A stretch of DNA of 64,000 bases from Gammaproteobacteria bacterium (GCA_050298595.1 JBNKUM010000067.1:2976-66975), one strand, 5' to 3'; shown: positions 31,766 through 43,030, numbered from the stretch's first letter. The notes: a model not told the origin generated them from the letters alone. A program made the numbers and translations.

Positions 31766-34588
31766 TTATTCAGCCTTATTTAGTGCTCTTAATATAGCAG
31801 GGTAATCAAACTTACTGGCGAGCTGGCTGAGTGCCCTGTGTAACGCCGGGTCAATCGCCTCGGTGCGCTGGATCACTGCCTCAATGCTCTCGGGCTCCAG
31901 ACTTTCCAGTACCTCAATAAGCTCACTACGTAACACTTCTGGTAACTTTTCCAGCATCTGTGGCGTTAATACTACATGCTCATCTTGCGCCTTTGACGCA
32001 GTACTTCCGTACAGATATTTAACGCCCAGGTGTTTTGATATCACATCGTAGATTAGCGTCGCTCTGTATGGTTTGCTCACGTAATCGTCCATACCGATTT
32101 TTAGAATTTCATTGCGCTCCTCTTCAAAGGCCGAGGCGGTCACCGCGACAATCTTTACCTCTTTGCCGTCAGGCAATTCCCGGATACGTCGTGTTGCCTG
32201 CATGCCATCCATCACCGGCATATGTATATCCATCCAGATTAAATGTGGATGCCAGCTCTGAAACAGTTGTACACCCTGCTCACCATTTTCCGCCAGCTTT
32301 ATCTGGAAACCAACACTCTCCATAATTTCAGAAAGAAGGAGTTGATTGTCGCTCTGGTCTTCGACGATCAGGATACGGTATTCGGGTTGTCCCGGCGCAA
32401 GGCTAGTCACAACCCCCCTGCCAATCTGATCCGGTTTGCTGATATCCTGTTCCAGTGCTTCCTGCAAGATCAGTTCTATGCTGAATACCGTGCCTTTATC
32501 AATCTCGCTTTGCAGGCTGATACTGCCACCCATCATTTGCACGAACTGGCGCGTAATAGCCAGCCCGAGTCCCGTGCCCTTACTGCTATCCTTTTCACCC
32601 ACCTGTACGAAGGGGTCGAAGATAAGTTGTTGATCTTCAGGGCTGATACCTATGCCTGTATCCTCAACCTCGATCAGCAGATGAGATATTCTGTTTTGCT
32701 TTGTGGCCAGACGCAGAGTCACGCCCCCCTGCTGGGTAGCTCTGATGGCATTCCCTATCAGATTGATCAGAATCTGGCGCAGGCGCGACTCGTCGCCTAC
32801 GATGTAACGAGGGAACTGCGATGACTGGTCGACATGTAATTGCAGATCCTTATTTTCCGCGCGTATGCGCATCATATCGATAACATCTCGTAGCATACCG
32901 CCCAGATCAAAAGGCTCATTCTCCAGTTGTACCCGCCCGGCTTCTATCTTGGCCATTTCCAACACATCGTTGATCAGCGTTAGCAGGTATTCGCCACTAC
33001 GATTAATAATATTATTATTGTGCTGTAATCTTTCAGGCAGTGATGGATCCTGGTTCATCAGGTTGGAAAACCCGAGGATAGCGTTCAATGGGGTACGCAG
33101 TTCGTGGCTCATGTTGGCAAGGAAAGTACTCTTGGCTCGGTTGGCAACTTCGGCCTTTTCTTTGGCCGCCTGTAACTCCTGAGTGCGTTCGTCAACGCGT
33201 TGCTCCAGTGTTTCAAACGATTGCCGCAGTTGCCTGATCATGGCATTGAAGGCGGCGGCCAGTTGCCCTACTTCATCACTGGCTTTAAGGTCAATCTCGA
33301 TCAGCTTATCCGAGACTACAGGCGTATCTTTCGCTGTGGAACTATTAATCTGGGTGTTCAGACCGATGCGTGAAACGCTTTCCGTTAAGGCCACAATCGG
33401 TTTGACCAGACGATCTAACAGTATATAGCCCAATATCCAGACCACGATCAAAACCAGAGTAGCCAGGCCAATGAGTGCAGTAACGGTTTCTCGTATCTTC
33501 TGGGAGGCGCTCGCCCCTGATTGCGTAAACCCGATAATCAGCCGGGCTTTATCGCCATAGTGCAACAGGGTCAGGGCCTGGTAATAGGTTTCATCATCCA
33601 CGCTCAGAATCCTTTGTTGCATCGGTTGTTCAGGTGTCGCCTGACTCTGTTGCACCCATTGCACCAGATCTTCCGGCTTCATCTTCATTTTGACGATTTC
33701 GATTTGATGCATCCCATCTAACGAATACAGTGCTGGTAATAAACCACTTTTCTGCGCAATGCCTTGCAAAAATGCCTGGTCAAAGACCTTCTTGAATACA
33801 AAGGCACCAATGAGAACTGGTTTGATTTGGTCGGGATTTTTCTGGTTAAGCGCTTCCTGAGAAGCGATGACTGGATTGTTGACCACAAATCCTTCGGAGG
33901 AACCCAGGGTAATATTGTTTCGCATTACCGTTCGAGTAATTGCCTGTACCGGGACAACGATTTGCAATACCAACGCCTGCTGTTCAGAAAAATAAAAGGA
34001 AATCATGGGTTGCCTGGGTAATGTAATTTGAGATGAGATTAATGGAGGAGGGGTACCCAGCGGCCATATTGGCCAGTTATTGAACTTCATCTCTCCGCTC
34101 TGATCTGGATCAGTTTTAATCAGCCTCTGCTGCCCCTCCCGAAACACACTGATGCCAGCCTCAGTAGTAGTCACGAAATGACTTAACTCATTGCCCGTGT
34201 AAACGGCGGCGCTGGAAAATCCGGCCGTACGCAGAATAATCTGAAACCGATTCAGTGAAATGGTTTTATCGAACAGGAATCCGCGTTCATTCTTTGATGC
34301 TAGCTCAGGATAGTTCTTAAATTGCTGTGTTTTTGCATACAGCGTAGCCAGATCACTCAAGTTATCGATTCCGGTAACATTTTTTTCGGCAACCCTGCGC
34401 AGATCAGTTATCGTTTCCTGCAACTCGTACTGTAACAGGTCGGTCTGTTTGGTCAGGCTGCTAAACGCCTCTCGCTCGCTTTGTTGCGTGGTCAGGTAGA
34501 TGGCGAGTGCTACATTAAGCCCAGCGATAATGATCAGGGCCGTGCTAAACGCCAGCAGCAATTTCGTCTTGATACCCGATATGTTCAC
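31766..34588 (-). CDS. Hybrid sensor histidine kinase / response regulator (copy 2)
   Basis: Same architecture as 27287-30100 (His[19 protein letters not shown]; [13 protein letters not shown]…DDYVSKP; conserved tail). Confidence 0.85.
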   Translation of the reverse strand: MNISGIKTKLLLAFSTALIIIAGLNVALAIYLTTQQSEREAFSSLTKQTDLLQYELQETITDLRRVAEKNVTGIDNLSDLATLYAKTQQFKNYPELASKNERGFLFDKTISLNRFQIILRTAGFSSAAVYTGNELSHFVTTTEAGISVFREGQQRLIKTDPDQSGEMKFNNWPIWPLGTPPPLISSQITLPRQPMISFYFSEQQALVLQIVVPVQAITRTVMRNNITLGSSEGFVVNNPVIASQEALNQKNPDQIKPVLIGAFVFKKVFDQAFLQGIAQKSGLLPALYSLDGMHQIEIVKMKMKPEDLVQWVQQSQATPEQPMQQRILSVDDETYYQALTLLHYGDKARLIIGFTQSGASASQKIRETVTALIGLATLVLIVVWILGYILLDRLVKPIVALTESVSRIGLNTQINSSTAKDTPVVSDKLIEIDLKASDEVGQLAAAFNAMIRQLRQSFETLEQRVDERTQELQAAKEKAEVANRAKSTFLANMSHELRTPLNAILGFSNLMNQDPSLPERLQHNNNIINRSGEYLLTLINDVLEMAKIEAGRVQLENEPFDLGGMLRDVIDMMRIRAENKDLQLHVDQSSQFPRYIVGDESRLRQILINLIGNAIRATQQGGVTLRLATKQNRISHLLIEVEDTGIGISPEDQQLIFDPFVQVGEKDSSKGTGLGLAITRQFVQMMGGSISLQSEIDKGTVFSIELILQEALEQDISKPDQIGRGVVTSLAPGQPEYRILIVEDQSDNQLLLSEIMESVGFQIKLAENGEQGVQLFQSWHPHLIWMDIHMPVMDGMQATRRIRELPDGKEVKIVAVTASAFEEERNEILKIGMDDYVSKPYRATLIYDVISKHLGVKYLYGSTASKAQDEHVVLTPQMLEKLPEVLRSELIEVLESLEPESIEAVIQRTEAIDPALHRALSQLASKFDYPAILRALNKAE

Positions 34589-34614
34589 TGTAACTTGTCA
34601 GCTTTTTCTGTGCA

Positions 34615-35982
34615 CTATTTGATCGGATAGCCGCCGTGATCTTTTATATCCTGGTCAATTTCCTGCGCCGCCCGGTGAAGTTCCGTTTTGACGTCTGCGC
34701 CATTAATAATATTCTCCATCGCTTCGGCAAAGACCTTTGAGATCACGGCATACGCTGGAGTGATCGGACGAGGAATGGCGCGCTCGCTTTCCAGTTGTTG
34801 TGCAATCAAATGTAAGGGGCCTGATTCACCATACAATTTTGACTGTGCCAGCACTGACTTCCGGGCCGGTGGGCCTCCGTTTTCGTTCGTCATACGTAAC
34901 ATTTCCTGCGGGGATAGCAGGAACTCGATGAATGTCCAGGCGCCAGTGGGATCCGGGCAATTGCTGGATATCCCCCAGCTCCAGCTACCCATCGCGGTTT
35001 TTGACCCATACCCAAAATCAGGCTGCGGTAACAACACCAGATCTTCCCCCAGAGCCTCGGCATGCGGTTTGTACATCCAGTGCCCCACCCAGGCGAGGGC
35101 CGCTTTTTTAGATCCGTAAAAATCGTCGTCCGTGGTCCTGGATTTGCCGGCCCAGCCCTTTTCAAACCAGCTCTGAAAGTGTTGCATGGCCTCAATCGAC
35201 TGGGGACTATCCAGCACGCCAGTTGCATGCTGGTAGCTGCTGCGATCAATCAGATCACCACCAAATGACTGGATGATGGGCGTAAAACACCATGAATAAA
35301 ACTCGCCAGGACCATAATTAATTTTCATATCAATTGCATACTCTACGTCAGGCAGGGCGGTCAGTTTTGCCAGCGCCTCTTCAAATTCGACCAGATTCCA
35401 CGGTTTTTCAAAGGTCGGTATGCGGATTCCAGCCGCGTTCAGATAGCGGCGATTGCCGTAGATTACCAGCCCTGAGTCAAACTGTCCGAGGCTATAGAGC
35501 TGTCCGTTGAAGGTTCCCTGGGTGAGAATCGAGGGCAATAAGTCGGCTTTTAGATCTGCTGAAACAAAACGGTCAATCGGCTGCAGATAGCCTGGCCATG
35601 CAAAGTTATAGAGGTATGGACCGTCAAACTCCAGGGCGCAGGCCAAACTACCAGACTGTGCGCTGCCAATGATCCGGTCAGCATAGATTTCCGGTGCAAT
35701 CGGCACATATTCTATGGTGTATTTATTTTGAGCCTGCTCAAAGGCTTCCACCGACTTAGCAAACACATCACCTTCTATGCTGCCAGGTAACATATGCGTC
35801 CAGACGCTGATCACTTTGCGCCTGTCTGTCTGGGGCGAGGGTGTTGAAGGTAGCGCTGTTGGTACTGAAGAGGGAGCGGCTAAAGCAGTGGATGTAGTCA
35901 AGTCCGAAATCCTGCAAAAAGTTAGTATCATGGCCACCAGAATCAGCTTATTTTGATAAAGTATTTTCTTTCTCATTTTCAC
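34615..35982 (-). CDS. Periplasmic solute-binding protein, ABC family 1 (copy 2), partner of hybrid kinase copy 2
   Basis: Signal peptide; paralog of 30185-31546; the 27-bp gap to the kinase start implies co-transcription. Confidence 0.75.
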   Translation of the reverse strand: MKMRKKILYQNKLILVAMILTFCRISDLTTSTALAAPSSVPTALPSTPSPQTDRRKVISVWTHMLPGSIEGDVFAKSVEAFEQAQNKYTIEYVPIAPEIYADRIIGSAQSGSLACALEFDGPYLYNFAWPGYLQPIDRFVSADLKADLLPSILTQGTFNGQLYSLGQFDSGLVIYGNRRYLNAAGIRIPTFEKPWNLVEFEEALAKLTALPDVEYAIDMKINYGPGEFYSWCFTPIIQSFGGDLIDRSSYQHATGVLDSPQSIEAMQHFQSWFEKGWAGKSRTTDDDFYGSKKAALAWVGHWMYKPHAEALGEDLVLLPQPDFGYGSKTAMGSWSWGISSNCPDPTGAWTFIEFLLSPQEMLRMTNENGGPPARKSVLAQSKLYGESGPLHLIAQQLESERAIPRPITPAYAVISKVFAEAMENIINGADVKTELHRAAQEIDQDIKDHGGYPIK

Positions 35983-36121
35983 TCCCCTCTAATGTACTTC
36001 AATACCAATGAGTAATTTCGGGCTCCTGACAAGCCGGCTCTGCTTATAATTAGGGCACCTCCGATGTAAATATTATGCCTTTCATATGTATCCAAATTAT
36101 GATTTGCCTGCTACATCATTA

Positions 36122-37927
36122 TTATTTCTGGAAATTTTCGGGTGAAATCCCCTTGCTGCACATCTCCAGAATTTTGTCTCCTGATACGGACTTGCTGTAA
36201 TAAAACCCTTGCGCAACATCACAATCCACGGATTTCAGAAATTCCTGCTGAGTACCCATCTCAACGCCTTCAGCAACCACTTTCAGATTCAGGCTATGGG
36301 CCATGGCAATAATGGCCAACGGAATCGCATTGCCATGCTCAGTACCAATGTTTTTTATAAAGGACTTATCGATCTTCAGTTCGTTGACGGGGAAATCCTG
36401 CAAATAGGCTAGACTTGAATATCCTGTTCCGAAATCATCAACTGAAAGCCCAACACCTAAATCATGCAGCTTGTTTAGAATATCCAGATTAGTTTTACTG
36501 TACTGCATCAGCAGACTTTCGGTTATCTCCAGTCCAAGCCTGGAGGGCGGTATCTGAAACTCTTCAATAGTACGATGCACGGTATCTTCAAAGCCATCTG
36601 AGTGTAATTGCGGCACTGAGATATTTACCGAGATAGATAAATCATCATAACCAGCATCATGCCATCGTCTTAATTCTGCACAACTCTCACGTAAGCCAAA
36701 CGCTCCAAGTTCCTTGATCAGTCCATTCGCTTCTGCTACCGGGATAAATTCTGCCGGGGATATCAACGTTCCATTGGCGAGACGCCATCGCATTAGCGCT
36801 TCAGCACCTATGATTTTATTTGTAGTTAAATCAATCTGTGGTTGATACTCCATAAACAGTTCCTGATTATGAATCGCATCTATGAGCAAATTGGAAAGGT
36901 TAAGATGATCCTGCACAGTCCTGTTTAATTCGCTGGTATACAGTTTGATTTCGGCTCGACCAGATTGCTTGGCGTGATACATGGCGGTATCGGCATTGCT
37001 CAACAGGGTATCCACATCCGTGCCGTCCTCCGGGTAAACAGCTATACCAATGCTAGCACCTATATGAAAATTCAAATCATTCATTTGAAATGGTATTCGA
37101 AGAGAATCAAATATTTTTCTGGCCATAGCCATGATATCTTGATTTTTCTGATGCAATGGTAGACAAATTACAAACTCATCTCCACCCAGCCTGGCAACAA
37201 TATCTTCATCACGTATGGCACTTTTAAGTCTATCGGCAACTTTACTTAGCAGCTTGTCGCCAGCATGATGTCCTAACGAATCGTTAATAATTTTAAATTG
37301 ATCCAGATCGAGAAACATCAATGCAATATTCTCATCACATCGTTTCGCTCGAGTGATTAGCTGGTTAAGTCGCTCCACCAACAATATACGATTGGGCATG
37401 TCGGTTAACGAATCATGAGTAGCGATATACCTGACCTGTTCTTCAACTCGCTTTCGCTCCTCAATTTCATGGCGTAATAAAACGTTAGCATCAACTAGCT
37501 CCTGAGTGCGCTCGCTAATACGTATATCAAGCTCTTTGCGTAAACCCGAAAGCTCGAGATGAGTATTGATTCGAGCCATTACTTCCGCAAAATTGATCGG
37601 TTTGGTAATGTAATCGACAGCACCCACGGCAAAACCATGCACCATATCGGATGTTTCTGTAGCAGCGCTTAAGAATATGATAGGGATATCTATCAGATCC
37701 TGTTCTAATCTGATGCGACGACAGGTCTCATAGCCATCAATACCCGGCATCATAATATCAAGCAGAATAAGGTCTGGCTTAGGGAGATTGGCCAGTTTTA
37801 GGCGTCGAAGTGCCTGTTCTCCACTTTGCGCGACTGCTATCTTGAGATTCTGCCCCTCAAGACCGTCAACTAGCAACTTCAGATTGGCAGGATTATCGTC
37901 AACTAGCAGGATAATTTTACTTACCAT
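36122..37927 (-). CDS. Response regulator with REC-GGDEF-EAL domains (predicted c-di-GMP turnover protein)
   Basis: N-terminal receiver (…LLDIMMPGIDG…), GGDEF (RLGGDEF) and EAL (EALMRW…) motifs all intact. Confidence 0.85.
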   Translation of the reverse strand: MVSKIILLVDDNPANLKLLVDGLEGQNLKIAVAQSGEQALRRLKLANLPKPDLILLDIMMPGIDGYETCRRIRLEQDLIDIPIIFLSAATETSDMVHGFAVGAVDYITKPINFAEVMARINTHLELSGLRKELDIRISERTQELVDANVLLRHEIEERKRVEEQVRYIATHDSLTDMPNRILLVERLNQLITRAKRCDENIALMFLDLDQFKIINDSLGHHAGDKLLSKVADRLKSAIRDEDIVARLGGDEFVICLPLHQKNQDIMAMARKIFDSLRIPFQMNDLNFHIGASIGIAVYPEDGTDVDTLLSNADTAMYHAKQSGRAEIKLYTSELNRTVQDHLNLSNLLIDAIHNQELFMEYQPQIDLTTNKIIGAEALMRWRLANGTLISPAEFIPVAEANGLIKELGAFGLRESCAELRRWHDAGYDDLSISVNISVPQLHSDGFEDTVHRTIEEFQIPPSRLGLEITESLLMQYSKTNLDILNKLHDLGVGLSVDDFGTGYSSLAYLQDFPVNELKIDKSFIKNIGTEHGNAIPLAIIAMAHSLNLKVVAEGVEMGTQQEFLKSVDCDVAQGFYYSKSVSGDKILEMCSKGISPENFQK

Positions 37928-38508
37928 ACTGAGTTAATCCCGACAGCACAAAACAGATAATTTGAGAGACAATATAGTTTTATTTTTTTCACAAAACTGC
38001 CTGCATAATTGATGAGTTCCTTATTTATTAAGCTGACGCTGTAAAACCCCGGATATCTATGCGCTCTGGAAGCGCCACCTTTTTGAGGACTTATCTATCA
38101 TTAAAAAAAGGTGAGAAAAACAACATCCTGCTATATTGTTTTCCTGTTAACCCTGAGATTCTTATACTGCAATATACTTTATAGCAAAATTTCAGGGAAT
38201 TCGCCTAAAAGGATTTTAAAGATTATTCAGGTAGTCTAAATCAAGTACATAGATTGAAATATGAGCCTGTTTATATTTTTATATTCAATAACTTATAGGA
38301 AATAGTTAGCTTTCTGATCAGTATTTTCAGGTTTATACAGGCATCCCAAAAAATTCAACTATGCGTGAGTCTGTCGGTACTTTTTCAGAGCTTCCTTAAA
38401 TGATGTTGTTCAAACCCACCACTGGAAAGCCAAATGTACTTGAAAAGTAAAAGCCAGGGATAGATCATCAGGGTTTAATTTTCATCCATTCCCAGAGAGC
38501 GGAAACCC

Positions 38509-38934
38509 ATGCATCATAATTCCAGCAAAGCTTATCGTGGTTCCTGCCTGTGTCGAGCTATTCAATTCGAAGCAAGTAACCTGTCACCACAAATGGGGCA
38601 TTGCCATTGCAGTATGTGCCGTAAGTTTCACGGTGCGGCTTTTGCTACCTTTGGCGAAACAACCTCTGAAAATTTTCGCTGGCTAAACGGAGCAGAGCTT
38701 CTTAAGAGTTATCAGGCCCCCAATGGAACCACCCGTCAGTTTTGTAGCGTCTGTGGCTCCAGTCTTACCTTTAAACCCAGTGGCGAGGATACCGGCCTGG
38801 TTGAATTTGCTCTGGGTGCACTGGATGGTCCAATTAGCGAACGGCCGGATGCTCACATCTTCACCGCCTACAAAGCTGACTGGATGGATCTTTGTGATGA
38901 TCTGCCTAAATTTAAGGAAGGCAGAGATGGTTGA
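38509..38934 (+). CDS. GFA (glutathione-dependent formaldehyde-activating / CENP-V) family protein
   Basis: Zn-binding Cys pattern C.C…C.C…C..C (GSCLCRA…HCHCSMCRK). Confidence 0.75.
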   Translation: MHHNSSKAYRGSCLCRAIQFEASNLSPQMGHCHCSMCRKFHGAAFATFGETTSENFRWLNGAELLKSYQAPNGTTRQFCSVCGSSLTFKPSGEDTGLVEFALGALDGPISERPDAHIFTAYKADWMDLCDDLPKFKEGRDG

Positions 38935-39430
38935 CGCTAATACCATCAAGATTCGTGATTTTCATCCTTCTGATGTAAACCTGATTGTTACGTTAAATTA
39001 TCAATCGGTTGCGGTTTTAAGTGCGATGGATGAACAGCGTTTTGATCTTTTGCGGGAACAAAGCAGTGTATTGTGGATTGCCGAACTTAACCAGCAGCCG
39101 GTTGGATTTTTGATGGGTTTTGGCGATGGAAGCAACTACGACAGTGTTAATTATCAGTGGTTTAATGAGCGGTATGATAGTTTTGTGTATATCGACCGAG
39201 TGGTAGTTGGGGTCGAAGTGCGTAGTGCTGGCATAGGCAGCGCCTTTTATGCCCGGCTTGAGCAATGGGCATATGAGCAACAAAAGTCCTGCCTTGTAGC
39301 TGAGGTAGATATTGTTCCTCTTAATCAGGGTTCTCTCAATTTTCATCTGCGCCTGGGGTTTGTTGAAGCTGGGCAGCAGGTGTATGGAAATCCGCAAAAG
39401 AAGGTTTCATTGATGAGAAAAAATCTATGA
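38928..39430 (+). CDS. GNAT family N-acetyltransferase
   Basis: Acetyl-CoA binding motif (…VVVGVEVRSAGIGSAFY); its ATG overlaps the GFA stop (ATGGTTGA). The ORF-track start at 38723 would overlap GFA and is probably too long. Confidence 0.7.
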
Positions 39431-39533
39431 GCTTTCACAGCCGATTGATTTTCAGGCTTTGGGGTCACGAAACCCTGCGATAAGCTTAAATTCTATACGT
39501 AAGATAATCTGACTTACCTTCTATCCATTAATA

Positions 39534-40202
39534 ATGAAACGAACCATTAAGTCACTATCATTCAGGGCTGAATTTTCAATTGTGATCCTTATCGCTTTTG
39601 GATACTTCATGTTATCCAGCCTGCTTTTCATTTTTATCCCATACACTAACGCACCTGTTTCTGAGTCTCATCTCAGGTTTTTATTGGTCTACGAAACTTT
39701 GGTAACCATAGCGCTTTGGAAATTTTTATCTTTTCGAGGGTGGAAGATTCAACAGTTAGGATTAGTGCCTTCGATTCGAGATACTCTTATCGGTATTGGA
39801 CTTTTCGTTGTAGCGTACACTGCCTACCTGGTTGTATGGCTAATTTTTAACAACATAGTCACTGGGTTGGAGGATCAATCACGCGGACTTGTTTCTTCCG
39901 GACTAAGTCTGACAACCGTGCTGATAGTTTCCATTCTGAATCCGATCTTTGAAGAGGTCTTTGTGTGTGGCTATATCATCACGGCTCTAAGAAAAATGCG
40001 AAGTATCTCATTCGCTATTAACATGAGTATAGGTATAAGACTTGTTTACCACCTTTATCAAGGTTCGGTCGGGGTTATTGGTATAATCCCGCTGGGATTT
40101 ATCTTTGCGTATTGGTATGCAAAGACGGGACGTTTGTGGCCTGTAGTTATCGCACATGGTCTAATTGACTTTCTGGGCTTATTTGCCTATACGCAAAAGT
40201 AA
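39534..40202 (+). CDS. CPBP (CAAX) family intramembrane metalloprotease
   Basis: Multi-TM protein with EExxxR (FEEVFVCGY), FxxxH and terminal HGLIDF motifs typical of the Abi/CPBP family. Confidence 0.75.
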   Translation: MKRTIKSLSFRAEFSIVILIAFGYFMLSSLLFIFIPYTNAPVSESHLRFLLVYETLVTIALWKFLSFRGWKIQQLGLVPSIRDTLIGIGLFVVAYTAYLVVWLIFNNIVTGLEDQSRGLVSSGLSLTTVLIVSILNPIFEEVFVCGYIITALRKMRSISFAINMSIGIRLVYHLYQGSVGVIGIIPLGFIFAYWYAKTGRLWPVVIAHGLIDFLGLFAYTQK

Positions 40203-40245
40203 GGCTTCCGCGTCCTGCTCACGCCCCTTGCCAATGTCCCGACAG

Positions 40246-40432
40246 GTAAGGTAGAGATACTCCGCCGCAAACGAGCAATTCAGCTCGTAGCAGAATTCAC
40301 CTATTTGGTTTTCAGCATGGATGATGTTATTTCGCGAATGCATGGACGCCTACATGGACGTAGGTGGTACGAGCTCAGGGGTGAGCGAAGGTAGGACAAT
40401 GCAGGACGCCTAAAGGGATTTAGGTGATAGAG
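40246..40432. repeat. Noncoding repeat element, copy B (same family as 6853-7112)
   Basis: About 85% identical core to copy A over roughly 110 nt; the 3' end is conserved (cctaaagggatttaggtgatagag versus ggttaaagggagttgctatcacctaagag); lies 40 nt after the CPBP stop and abuts the GDSL-lipase remnant. Confidence 0.6.
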
Positions 40433-40696
40433 CGAAAGCTGGATGCCAGAGCAAACCGGTATCCAGAGAGTCAATTGCTGGATTGTCATACCCTGTGGTT
40501 GCACCAGCAAAGGCATAATCGGAAAGGATGGCGGAATAATGATTAACCAAATGCTCGACCCAGATGGTACCGTCAGAAAATCTCTTTACGTTGCCGTTAT
40601 CCGTAAGACTGTCACCGAATGTCAAACAGTACTATAACCCAGAGCACTCCCTGAGGTAAAAAGAGAAAAAAACAGAACAAGTACTAAATATTGCAT
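40410..40696 (-). pseudogene. Remnant of a secreted GDSL/SGNH lipase. It has a signal peptide and a GDSL block separated by a frameshift, and is truncated at its C-terminal side where repeat copy B begins.
   Basis: Minus-strand ATG at 40696 gives MQYLVLVLFFSLFTSGSALGYSTV* (a signal peptide). In the +1 frame the sequence continues TFGDSLTDNGN…SDG…W (GDSL block I) but stops after about 70 aa where repeat copy B begins. Confidence 0.6.
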
Positions 40697-41329
40697 ATGA
40701 TTCAGGCCCATACGCGGTCCTCTTTCAACATTATTTGGATATCCAGGAACTTCTGGTCTCGCAGGATCCAGCTCCTGGTACTCTGCAGATTATTTTTGTC
40801 ATTTATGAGTAGCCTTCGTTTAGTAAATCTATATAAACTGATTGTGATTGATGCGATATGTAGGCAGGTTCAAGAACAAACGTAACCCACCCCGTCTTTA
40901 TCATTTTTTGCCCGATTCAAAGTGCTAAATGCTTTGAAATTGACACCATTACCAGGATTAATGGAATCTGCTTGCGTTGCGACGAGAAATGCCGTTGTAA
41001 TGACGGTAACTTGATATGTATTCATCTTCTTTCCATAAGTACTATTGACACTTAGTTAACAGATATTGAATAGGCATACTCTAACGTAAGAGACAAAAAA
41101 CAATAAAAATGGTTGATCTAGCTTGATAGAATAAAAGTTGAGAAGCCGATATTCTAGCAACTCCTTATAACGTTTAACTGCATTAATTCAGAGCTGCTTA
41201 TTCCGCGCGTGTTTTGATTAAAAAAAGTGTCATTTTTGTAGATGACAAGAATCAGGTACACATAAAGTTATTCTTTGAGTGATTCGAAGTGTACCTATCT
41301 AAATACTCAGTACATGTGAACGGCTGCTC

Positions 41330-43030
41330 CTGGCACAGCCTGTGTGAAAACCCTACTTAGGAGTATAATAAGTCATTCAAATAGACAGGTGAAACAATGA
41401 CTGGATTCATTGAAGGCGTAGCCAGAATACAAGCCACCTTATTTCCTGAATTACTTGACGATTACATCAGCGAAGAAAATCCCGTTCGCGTTATTGATGC
41501 CTTTGTCGATAATCTTGACCTCGATAAATTGGGTTTCAAAACCTACCCAGCAATAACCGGTCGTCCTGGTTACCACCCATCCAGCATGCTCAAGCTGTTT
41601 ATCTACGGTTACCTCAATCGTATCCAGTCTTCTCGTCGTTTAGAAAGGGAGTCGGGGCGTAATGTCGAGTTAATGTGGTTACTCGGTCGTCTATCTCCCG
41701 ACTTTAAAACCATAGCTGACTTTAGAAAAGATAATGGTAAAGGCATTAAAAATACCTGTCGAACCTTTATCGATTTGTGCAGACAATTAAATATGTTCAC
41801 CGATGCTATTGTCGCCATTGATGGCAGTAAATTTAAAGCAGTCAATAGTAAAGAAAATAATTACACACCCAAGAAACTACAATTTCATATAGACCGGGTT
41901 GAGAAGCATATCGAAGACTATTTACAACAACTCGATACCGCTGACAGGGCAGAAAAACCAGAGACTGATGGCAGGTCTATCGAAGATAAAATCACCTGGC
42001 TTAAGAAAAGACTCGCTGAGTTAAAGGCACTGGAAGGTGAGGTGGACAATCATCCTGACAAACAACTATCAACAACGGATCCGGACTCTCGATTAATGAA
42101 AACACAAGGGATGACCAGAGTGGTTTGTTACAATGTACAAACGGCCGTTGACCCCAAAAACCACCTGATTGTAGCCCATAAGGTAACGAATACACCTGAT
42201 CGTGGACAACTCTGCGGTGTAGGTAAACTGGCTCAAGACGCACTGGATACTAAAGGGATCACTGTTATTGCTGACAAAGGTTATTACAGTGGCCAGGATA
42301 TCAAAGATGCTCAGGATGCGGGTATGACGGTACTTGTACCCAAAGGTGATACTTCTGGCAGCGAGAAAAAAGGCATATTTAACCGATCCCGGTTCGAATA
42401 CGATGCAGAGCAAGATAGATATATTTGCCCCGCCAAACAAGAGTTATCCTATCGATTCACTTCGGTTGAGAAAGGACTATCGTTAAAGAAGTATTGGGCC
42501 TATGAACCCACTTGTAGGGCTTGCTCGATGAAACCACAATGCTCTAACAGTAATCAGGCTCGTAGAATCACTCGTTGGGTTCATCAGGATAGATTGGATC
42601 AAATGGACAAGTTACTCTCTTCTCAGCCAGAGTGCATGCTCATCAGAAAGCAAACCGTTGAACACCCTTATGGCACGATTAAATGCTGGATGGGATCAAC
42701 TCATTTTTTAACGAGACAATTCAAAAATGTCAGCACCGAAATGAGTCTGCATGTTTTGGCTTACAATTTAAAACGCATGATGTCGTTATTTGGACAGGCT
42801 GGATTAGTCGCCGCAATGACAAAGGTATAGGGATTAATGGCCCATAGTAATTGCATCTATAAAATACGTCGATATGACGTGTTTATTCTTTTGTGTAAGC
42901 CAGACAATTTTCTTATTCATAAAAAGGACTCTGAAAATAAGGAAGCTCAGGACTTAGCATAAGAAGTCTGAATAATGACTGGAGGACGAAATTATTAAGA
43001 TAATAGTTTTTACACAGCCTGGGCACATAC
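41330..43030 (+). mobile_element. IS1182-family insertion sequence (about 1.7 kb) with imperfect terminal inverted repeats
   Basis: Left end …ggcacagcctgtgtgaaaaccc (about 41328-41350) versus right end ttttacacagcctgggcaca (about 43008-43030; its reverse complement gtgcccaggctgtgtaaaa matches). A single transposase ORF lies inside. Confidence 0.6.
41397..42830 (+). CDS. IS1182-family DDE transposase
   Basis: 477 aa; the N-terminus (…LFPE.LDDYI…NPVRVIDAFVD.LDL…GF…) and the downstream DDE region are typical of IS1182/IS5-superfamily transposases. Confidence 0.8.
   Translation: MTGFIEGVARIQATLFPELLDDYISEENPVRVIDAFVDNLDLDKLGFKTYPAITGRPGYHPSSMLKLFIYGYLNRIQSSRRLERESGRNVELMWLLGRLSPDFKTIADFRKDNGKGIKNTCRTFIDLCRQLNMFTDAIVAIDGSKFKAVNSKENNYTPKKLQFHIDRVEKHIEDYLQQLDTADRAEKPETDGRSIEDKITWLKKRLAELKALEGEVDNHPDKQLSTTDPDSRLMKTQGMTRVVCYNVQTAVDPKNHLIVAHKVTNTPDRGQLCGVGKLAQDALDTKGITVIADKGYYSGQDIKDAQDAGMTVLVPKGDTSGSEKKGIFNRSRFEYDAEQDRYICPAKQELSYRFTSVEKGLSLKKYWAYEPTCRACSMKPQCSNSNQARRITRWVHQDRLDQMDKLLSSQPECMLIRKQTVEHPYGTIKCWMGSTHFLTRQFKNVSTEMSLHVLAYNLKRMMSLFGQAGLVAAMTKV

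Noticed and set aside
38723-38927. Long N-terminal extension of the GNAT gene overlapping the GFA gene
   Set aside because: The internal ATG at 38928 overlapping the GFA stop (ATGGTTGA) gives a normal-length GNAT. The extension has no coding support.
40886-41030. Possible small secreted peptide on the minus strand (MNTYQVTVITTAFLVATQADS…), about 55 aa, in the AT-rich spacer before the IS
   Set aside because: Too short and unsupported. It may be a further remnant of the disrupted region, so it is not called.
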